A stretch of 64,000 nucleotides of DNA, taken from positions 384,710,001 through 384,774,000 of the forward strand of contig OZ024740.1 of assembly GCA_964016885.1 (NCBI GenBank), given 5' to 3'. A program made the position numbers and the translations under genes. Numbering within the stretch: position 1 is the first letter of the stretch; every line of letters starts with the position of its first letter. The notes under the pieces are model-generated. The model was given only the letters and a program-made list of their open reading frames with translations. It did not search any database and was not told where the DNA came from. This DNA is from Eledone cirrhosa (lineage: Eukaryota). Below are positions 55,004 to 64,000 of the stretch, one piece after another.

Positions 55004-55700
55004 TATTTGCTTATTGAAAAAAACCAACAAAGATTTAATACAATAGGTCTGTTTGGGAACAGGTTTTGAATTGACCAATAGAAAGATAGTGAAGGTCAAG
55101 ATGGTAAAATAGTAGTAATAGAACCTTAATTTAGGGGTAGAGGAAGGTAGATGTCAGTTTTGGATGGAAAGAATATTATGAATGAAAGATTATTTTAGGG
55201 ATGAATATAGGTCATATGCTGTCTTCAGAAATAATTATATTTGTTCATTGAATAAAACCAACAAAGATTTAATATAATAGGTCTGTTTGGGAACAGGTTT
55301 TGAATTGACAAATAGAAAGGTAATAACTGGCTAAAAGGTAAAATAGTAGTAATGGAACTTTAATTTAGGGGTAGAAGAAGGGAGATTTCAGTTTTGAATG
55401 AAAGGAGTATGATGAATGAAAAGGTTATTTTAGGGGTGAAAATAGGTCAGGTCGGTAAAAGGTACACGAAAAATTGCTGTTATAAAAGAATAATGCCAAT
55501 GTAAATATCTAAGGAGACTAAAATTTTACGATAAAAGCGTTAGCGAAAAAAATATATATGGAATTTACATCCATGAAAAGAAAATAAATTAATTAAATTG
55601 ATAGGTATTTTTATATTGATAAAATTATATTAATGCATATAGATATGATAGATAAGTGTTAGATGTAATTGAAGAGTGCTGTTAAAAACGAGGGGAAATA

Positions 55701-55747
<47 letters not shown>

Positions 55748-57506
55748 TTGGGGGGGGGGGGGGTAAATTTATTAGTGAGAAATAACAAATATATAGAGAT
55801 TACAAGGAACATAGAATCATAACCTGAAATTAAAACAGTATATATGTATACTTAATGGTATCAATTTTAGGAAAAGATAGCTGTAAAAGGGAAATAAAAT
55901 TATGTAGTTCATTAGTAGTTGAATATTAATTATAGGTTAACTAAATAAAAAAAAATGTTATTATAATAATTTCTAAAGTGTATATTAATTAGGTTTATAA
56001 TATTTAAAGGTTTTTCTCAGTTTATGATTACACGATATTATTAATTCCTGTCGCTTATTTAATAGGATATCCTTAGATTTCATTATTTCAAAACGTTCTT
56101 GGGAACACAATCTACATTCATATCTATTATTTTTATAAGGGGTGGCCCTTTTGAGCACACTCCAGGTCATAATCTATATTCCTCTTTCTATAATTATTAA
56201 TTATTTCAGCTAAAGATATTGTATTAGCTAATGCGGCATTTTTAAAACTGTGTTTGTGGGTATTAAATCTTACTTTAAATTGGTTAGAGGTAGCTCCTAT
56301 ATATGGATAAATTGAGTCCTTAGTGTTAACTTTACATTGATATACTATGTTATTAACAAGGCAATTTCCTGGAGTGTGCTCAAAAGGGCCACCCCTTATC
56401 AAAATAATAGATATGAATGTAGATTGTGTTCCCAAGAACTTTTTGAAATAATGAAATCTAAGGATATCCTATTAAATAAGCGACAGGAATTAATAATATC
56501 GTGTAATCATAAACTGAGAAAAACCTTTAAATATTATAAACCTAATTAATACACACTTTAGAAATTATTATAAAAACATTTTTTTTATTTAGTTAACCTA
56601 TAATTAATATTCTACTACTAATGAACTACATAATTATATTTCCCTTTTACAACTATCTTTTCCTAAAATTGATACCATTAAGTATACATATATACTGTTT
56701 TAATTTCAGGTTATGATTCTATGTTCCTTGTAATCTCTATATATTTGTTATTTCTCACTAATAAATTTAACCCCCCCCCCCAATAATTATATATATATAT
56801 ATATATATATATTTTCCCTCGTTTTTAACAGCACTTTTCAATTACATCTAACTCTTATCTATCATATCTATATGCATTAATATAATGTTATCAATATAAA
56901 TATACCTATCAATTTAATTAATTTATTTTATTTTCATGGATGTAAATTCCATATATATTTTTTTCACTAACACTTTTATCGTCAAATTTTAGTCTCCATA
57001 GATATTTACATTGGCATTATTCTTTTATAACAGCAATTTTTCGTGTACCTTTTACCGACCTGACCTATTTTCACCCCTAAAATAACCTTTTCATTCATCA
57101 TACTCCTTTCATTCAAAACTGAAATCTCCCTTCTTCTACCACTAAATTAAAGTTCCATTACTACTATTTTACCATTTAGCCAGTTATTACTTTTCTATTG
57201 GTCAATTCAAAACCTGTTCCCAAACAGACCTATTATATTAAATCTTTGTTGGTTTTATTCAATGAACAAATATAATTATTTCTGAAGACAGCATATGACC
57301 TATTTTCATCCCTAAAATAATCTTTAATTCATAATATTCTTTCCATCCAAAACTGAAATCTACCTTCCTCTACCCCTAAATTAAGGTTCTATTACTACTA
57401 CTTTACCATCTTGACCCTCACTATCTTTCTATTGGTCAATTCAAAGCCTGTTCCCAAACAGACCTATTGTATTAAATCTTTGTTGGTTTTTTTCAATAAA
57501 CAATTA

Positions 57507-57644
57507 TCATTATTTCTGAAGACAGCATATATATGTGTAGGTATGTATATTCCTTCTGATAGTTTGTAAAAATTTTACATAGATCTATATGATATGCATA
57601 TCAACACTAACATATATATCCTATAAACGATCGTAAAATGATGA
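57507..57644 (+). ncRNA. Inverted-arm copy of that hammerhead with G12 to U lesion
   Basis: Same sequence but TAAA at 57624-57627. Confidence 0.65.
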
Positions 57645-57793
57645 ATTTTTTAATATTAGAAACTGTTTCTTTGTTTATTCATTATTTTTATTAATTTATA
57701 TATATATATATATGTGTGTTATGGTCCATTTGGTTTGTTACCACAATTCCTTTGTTATATATATACATATAATATATATATATATATACCTCA

Positions 57794-57892
<99 letters not shown>

Positions 57893-57992
57893 TAAACAGT
57901 ACAAAGGAAAACATTTTTTCAGTAGAAAATGTTGAAGAGCTTTTTTCAGTGAGTTATTTTTATATATATCAACTCGTGTGTTACTTTTCTAC

Positions 57993-58039
<47 letters not shown>

Positions 58040-58856
58040 GACAAAACAATGGACATAGAGAGGTATTTTATTCGGAGAATCCCTTATGTATATAGGGGTT
58101 TAGGTGTGGCAGGATCTAGGTCATTGACCATGCAGTGGCCTAAGGTTGTTTGGCTAAACGGCAGTTAATATTTAGGGAACATTACTGTATGGGGGTAATG
58201 TATCCTATATACTTGCTCGGGCTCAATGAGAGTGGTCGGCAATGGTATAATATCTAGGAAAGTCGGAAGGAATAGCGACGTTTGCTTGTTAAATTCTAAA
58301 ATTCCAGGTTCTGCCACTAAGAACTGAGACACGTCTTTTCACATGATCTGAATATAGTTGGGAACAGGAAGAACAGAGTGACTAATGATGGAAACAAATT
58401 AGAAACAAATCTGTGCAGATGATCTGCTCTAAGTTGGTCAAGGGGGTTTTGAAATCAATTAATGATTGGGCGTAGTGGTTAATCTTTAAACTTGGTATTG
58501 CCAGTGAGGCATTGAGGAAAAGGAGGAAATAATTGTTAGCTTGGTAAAGAGTAGGTTAAGTGAGATGGATGAGGGGACGTTAATACTGAATAGGCCAAAA
58601 GTGAGGCAGTATGTATTCTATTAAATGTTCTAGCCGACAGGTTAAGGCAATGCTGGGGCACCGTCATTGTGGGTATATATGTGGGTTTCTTGAAAACTAC
58701 ACCATCGTCTGGTGGATAAGGCAGCGAGTAATTTCGTAGTAATCTGTGAAGGATACTACCCGTTGGTTTTGGCTAAGGAGTTAGAAGATGATATTATTTA
58801 TAATGGTGTGCTGATGGAGCCTACGAGCTAAGGCCGGGGAATATGATTATTCTATG

Positions 58857-59050
58857 ATGGTGGTTTGGCAGTATCGGTAGAGGGTCAGACGCCATGCTTT
58901 CCAGCATAGTTACGTCCCTTTACGATCTGAGTTCAAATCCCGCCGAGGTTGACTTTGCCTTTCATCCTTACGAGGTCGATAAAATAAAGTACCAGTAATG
59001 CACTGGGTAATTGCTGGCCTTGTGCCTAAAGTAGAAACAATTATTATTAT
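58857..59050 (+). mobile_element. Full-length Nin/Deu-like SINE
   Basis: A and B boxes, central domain and ATT-repeat tail. Confidence 0.88.
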
Positions 59051-59272
59051 ATGATACAGAAACTTCGTAATATGACAGCTGTAGCTTGATAACGTCTGTC
59101 TTCCTTATACTGATGGCAGTTGCAAGTCAAGAGATTGATCTACTGAATATTCTGATATTGGTCGGAAATTAGTTTAGCAGGAATTATAAGTCTAGGTTGG
59201 CGTTTGTTTACGGTATTCTCTAACTGATTTACGGGTTCGGGCAATCAACAGTCTTTTTTGCATGTGTGTGTG

Positions 59273-59375
<103 letters not shown>

Positions 59376-59637
59376 GTCTCTCTGTGTGTGTGCCTGTGTG
59401 TGTGTGTGTGCTTGCGTGTGTGTGAAAGAGAGAAAGAGAGAGAGAGAGAGAATATATATGTGTGCGTGCAGGCGGTAACACTAATATAGCTTGGTTCATC
59501 ATGAGGGTGCACATGAGTGGGACTACCATACATTTGTGTAGAATAAAAATAACAAGAATCCCAGCATGAATCTTTTTGCTTCTAACAATTCCAAACTAAC
59601 AATTCCAAGCACATGTTTCTAGATTAGTATCAGTCAA

Positions 59638-59718
59638 GGGCGGTGGATTGGCATTGTCGGTAGAGAGTCGGACACTAAATAATTGCTGGCCTTGTGCCAA
59701 AAGTAGAAATAAATATTA
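59638..59718 (+). mobile_element. Internally deleted SINE (head fused to tail)
   Basis: GGGCGGTGGATTGGCA..TCGGAC joined to AATTGCTGGCCTTGTGCCAAAAGTAGAAA. Confidence 0.7.
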
Positions 59719-60060
59719 TCAGTCATCGGTTAACATTTACTGATTCGATACAAGATTGAGCTAAATGCCTATATACTTTTCAAATTTCAATTTTTTCTAG
59801 TTCTTCTTTTATCAACACTGACAGATTACAAGGTCTTAATTTCTTTTAGAGTTGCTAACAATTACCGCAAGGAATTTAATTCATTTCTCCAAACAATAGG
59901 AATAATTGTATAAATTAAATTGACTACACAAGCATTCGAAATGGTTGATTTCATTATCCAAACACATGCATGTTTGGAATTTTGCCCGATTTCTTTGAAA
60001 TCATTATGAATTCATTTTATATATATATATGGATTTGTTTGTATCTATGTATATATAAAA

Positions 60061-60115
<55 letters not shown>

Positions 60116-60199
60116 TGTATATATATATATATATATACATACATATATATATATATATATAAATATACATATATACATATATAAATGTTATATATATAT

Positions 60200-60273
<74 letters not shown>

Positions 60274-60644
60274 CTGTGTGTGTGTGTGTGTGTGTGTGTA
60301 TGTATAATTGTAGAACAGAAAATACATATACAGAGATGCAAAACCACGAAGTCCTATTAGTTTCACGCTTAGGTAAAGAGGTAAATGATGTATTTGATGT
60401 GTGGGACTAAAGTCCTTTTTCAGGAAATGAAGAGTTCGAAGAGAACAGGCTGGAACAACGGAGTTTGGAAATAAAGTTTTAAAAGGTTGATGAGAGTAGG
60501 CGGGTATTCCGGTGTGCGTGGCAGGGGGCCACGTTGGAGAGTGCGGGTGCATCATGGGTGCTATTAAGTGTATACAGATGGAGCGCATTTCGTGGCGTGC
60601 ATTATTGTTTCCGCGCGTGTGAGTATGGATAGTTTATGCACATT

Positions 60645-60700
<56 letters not shown>

Positions 60701-60717
60701 TATATATATATATATGA

Positions 60718-60858
60718 AGCCGGCAAATTGATAGAGTCTTTAAAGGGTCGGATAAAATGCTTTATGGTATTTGTTCCGGCTCGCTGCTCTGTGAGTTCAA
60801 ATCCCGCCGAGGCCAACTTTGTCTTTCAGCCTTTCGTGTTCGATAAAAAATATGCCAG
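60718..60858 (+). mobile_element. Diverged SINE
   Basis: GAGTTCAAATCCCGCCGAGGCCAACTTTGTCTTTCAGCCTTTCG..CGATAAAA. Confidence 0.7.
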
Positions 60859-61589
60859 TCTCTCTCCCTTTCTATCTTTCTCTGGAAGAAATCTACTGTA
60901 CTCATACCTGGAGAAGGATGGGCTTCGCCAGACTTTAAAAAATGCCCATGAAACGCCGTATGTCAATAGGTCACCCCAACAATCTATCAGGAGTTACAGG
61001 GCCATACATACACGTATATAAATATAGCGTCTAGAATTAAATGTCGAAACGGCAAGTGCTTTGCCGTCGGGCTATAACTCCTTTTGATATAGAAGCTGTA
61101 TAATGTGTTTTAATAATTATGTAAACTCCTGTTTGAAAATATTTCATAGATTGTAGGCAAAAAAATGCTTTTCCTCGCATCCAATGGAAAATTGACAATA
61201 ACATTGTGTATGTGTTTTTTGTAAAATTATTTTATCATTATGCAGTACTTAAATAATATACACGAACATGTACAAATTGGTAAATGTATGGGGTAAACCA
61301 CGTATGTATGTAATTGTCAGGTATGTCCTTCCACGTTTGGTCGGTTAACTCATAAACCAGACAAAACGTTGAATACAGTGGGTTCAGGACAGTAGATTGC
61401 ATGACATACAGTTTGCATACGAATGTCTGCAAACCTATAGTTAGAATAACATACCACAGAGCGACACCTGAAAACATGCATATGTGTACACGTGCAGCTT
61501 TGATCGTACAGTTTGCAAAAGAAACGTAAATGAAGCTGTCTAGCATAAAAAGCTACTAGCAAAAACAAGACTCTTTTAATAGTCACTGA

Positions 61590-61735
61590 TAGTTGTTTCT
61601 ACTTTTGGCACAAGGTCAGCAATTATTTCAGCGCGTTACTGATACTTTATTTTATCGAACCCGTAAGGATGAAAGACAAAGTCAACCTCGCCGGTATTTG
61701 AACTCAGACCGGAAAAGGTCGTAACTCTATGCTGC
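61590..61735 (-). mobile_element. 5'-truncated Nin/Deu-like SINE
   Basis: Reverse complement of the SINE body and tail. Confidence 0.8.
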
Positions 61736-62231
61736 CGAGTGGACAGATATCACGTATGTATGTATAAATTTATATATAAATCATATATAGAATCCAAACA
61801 ACGACAAAGTGCAACAATATAAGCAACGTCATGTCAGATAGGAAGACCTCTATATAACATAATTACGAACTACATATATTACATTTAATATATATAACAT
61901 TTTCCCGAAATGTTTTCACAATTTGCTGTCATTATTCATCCTGTTAGATTTCTTTGTCATTCATGATGTGGTTATTGTTATGTCCAATCGAAAATAATAC
62001 TTCCGTTCTCATACAAATACAAATCAACAAAACATTATTGTAAAATGCAAAATATTATCTTTTTATTCCATATATATATTAAAAATTCATAATACATAGA
62101 TGGACACATATGAGAATGAACATAATATATAATATAATATACATATATAACACATATAATGTATATATAAATATATATATGAATGTGTGTGTATATGTAT
62201 ATATATAGAGATATATATATGAATGTATGTA

Positions 62232-62278
62232 TACTCTTTTACTCTTTTACCTGTTTCAGCCATCCGGCTGAGGCCATG
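62232..62278 (-). mobile_element. SINE 3' tail fragment (..TGAAACAGGTAAAAGAGTAAAAGAGTA)
   Basis: Resembles, from recall, the tandem tail of an abundant octopus SINE. Confidence 0.5.
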
Positions 62279-62877
62279 TATATATATATATACCTATAAA
62301 CATACGTATATCTCTCTCTACATATATCTATATATATATGTGTGTGTGTATGTGTGTGTTTCTGAGTGACTGTGTGTATTTATATATATATTTATATTTA
62401 TATATATACATATATGTGTGTGTGTTTGTCTCTGTGTGTGCGCGTATGTGTGTGTGGGGGGGGGGTATACTATATTCTTATCGGGGAATTAGTCCAACAA
62501 TTACATTTCACGTATATAAGTAATTCGAAAAATTATAAAAATATATCAGATTCGAAGGAGATCCAACCTCATTAATAACCAAGCAGATTTATTCGGTGTA
62601 CAAAAAGCCTTCACATTTGGGGAAAAAATAAACTTTGGCGAGAGAATCAATATCTTTTAACATCCTAATGTAGCAAGATATACAAATGAGTTTCTCTCAA
62701 CTTAACATTATCTCGTTGCCTATATATTCCAAATCCTTACACATAATCAAAGCATTGTACTTAAAGTATATAAATTATGTATATATTTATTTGTTTATAT
62801 ACATATATATATATGTGTGAGTGTGTATCTGTGTGTATGTATGTATGAGTGTATGTGTCTGCATGTGTGTGTGTATA

Positions 62878-62960
<83 letters not shown>

Positions 62961-63042
62961 GTTATTCCGGGTTGAATCGGAGGTAACCACAGTAAGTAAG
63001 GTACTCAATACATAGCAGAGTATAACAGTTTTAATATAGATG

Positions 63043-63093
63043 AGATTCTACAGGACTAGAACTGTTTCATTCATTAGAAATCATCAGGAATCT
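63043..63093 (-). ncRNA. Type I hammerhead ribozyme
   Basis: agattc-CTGATGA-tttctaatgaat-GAAA-cagttctagtcctg-TA-gaatct. Confidence 0.85.
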
Positions 63094-63377
63094 GGGTATC
63101 AAAAAATAAATATGGTATTTATAGGTCTCTACAAGTGGTAGGAGAGGGTGGGGAGTGGGATGGGTGCAGGTCCTTGGTTGATAGAAAAGGGAATTCATTA
63201 AAAGCTAATTGTACAAAGCTATAGTTAATTAACTATAGTTAATTAACTATAGCTTTGTAGAATTAGCTTTTAATGAATTCCCTTTTCTATCAACCAAGGA
63301 CCTGCACCCATCCCACTCCCCACCCTCTCCTACCACTTGTAGAGACCTATAAATACCATATTTATTTTTTGATACCC

Positions 63378-63428
63378 AGATTCCTGATGATTTCTAATGA
63401 ATGAAACAGTTCTAGTCCTGTAGAATCT
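63378..63428 (+). ncRNA. Type I hammerhead ribozyme
   Basis: Same motif on the + arm of the palindrome. Confidence 0.85.
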
Positions 63429-63461
63429 CATCTATATTAAAACTATATATATATATATATA

Positions 63462-64000
63462 TGCCACAGTTTTCAATTTGTCCGGCTATCTAACGTTATG
63501 TTACTACTCTGAGCACAGCTCATCGAGTACTTGGCTGTATAAATTCATAATTATATTTCGTTAGCTTGGCTACAGCCGAAACTTCGATTTTACTAAACTT
63601 CCATTTGTATTGTTATCTCCTAGGCCTAATAATTAATTAATTAATTTAATTAGACATTTCTATGGAGTGATTAATTATCTATGTTTGTTTAATAACGTCT
63701 GGTTGAGTGCTTCTTATTCGGTTTGTGCAGGGGAAATAGTTCCTCTGTCCATATTTTGAATTTGCCCGCCAAAAACCCGGGATTATTTCCCTTGTTGGGA
63801 AAAAGTACGTGATAGTTAAAGCATTCACCGCTGCTAGCAGCAGTGGCCTAATGCCTCATCTCACACCGGGTCAAGGCGCAGCAGAGTAACCTGTCGATAA
63901 GATGGATTCTTAGTTCGGTCAACAAACACCAAAACTTGCATACTTGCGCAAGTAGGATTGTTGATTTTGGTTCCATAGAAACCCATCGGAAGCACGGAGC
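63462..64000 (+). repeat. Diverged PLE tail/5'-UTR-like repeat
   Basis: TACTC..GAGTAC hairpin, GCCGAAACTTCGATT, GGTTGAGTGCTT and GATTTTGGTTCCATAGAAACCC in the same order as in 26360-26750. Confidence 0.5.

Larger units (their letters stand above)
54682..57699. mobile_element. PLE (Hydra-like) 3' ends as a ~1.35-kb inverted repeat (54811-56166 and 56368-57699)
   Basis: GIY-YIG on -: GNCLVNNIVYQC..YIGATSNQFKVRFNTHKHSF..WSVLKRATPY..CRLC..LLNKRQE..CNH; ~240-bp subrepeats in the UTR; (TA)n at both ends. Confidence 0.9.
62960..63444. mobile_element. Fold-back HHR-tail element containing a 418-bp spacerless palindrome (63027-63444), between (TA)n tracts
   Basis: Symmetry centre at 63235/63236; one mismatch seen. 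Confidence 0.9.

Noticed and set aside
56133-56549. ORFs 56133..56435 and 56337..56549 as independent genes
   Set aside because: Their starts cross the inversion junction at 56367/56368; they are pieces of one frameshifted GIY-YIG domain

Overview
AT-rich, repeat-saturated eukaryotic non-coding DNA, most likely an octopus or other coleoid mollusc (inferred from the SINE types and very dense (TA)n/(CA)n tracts). No intact host gene is supported, and the many IYIY/VCVC ORFs are translated microsatellites. The window is a mosaic of Penelope-like element (PLE) fragments (RT with YRDD or YVDD, C-terminal GIY-YIG endonuclease), RTE and CRE LINE remnants and tRNA-derived SINEs. Many abut (TA)n tracts and are arranged as tandem or fold-back copies. 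The main hidden signal is about 27 type I hammerhead ribozyme (HHR) motifs from more than 10 sequence families, found by eye. They include U3-A8 compensatory cores in three unrelated families, a family with a ~105-nt covarying stem II extension, retrozyme-like tandem units and head-to-head ribozyme palindromes. A conserved TACTC..GAGTA tail hairpin lies just upstream of several (TA)n junctions. All folds were derived manually and none has been tested for activity.
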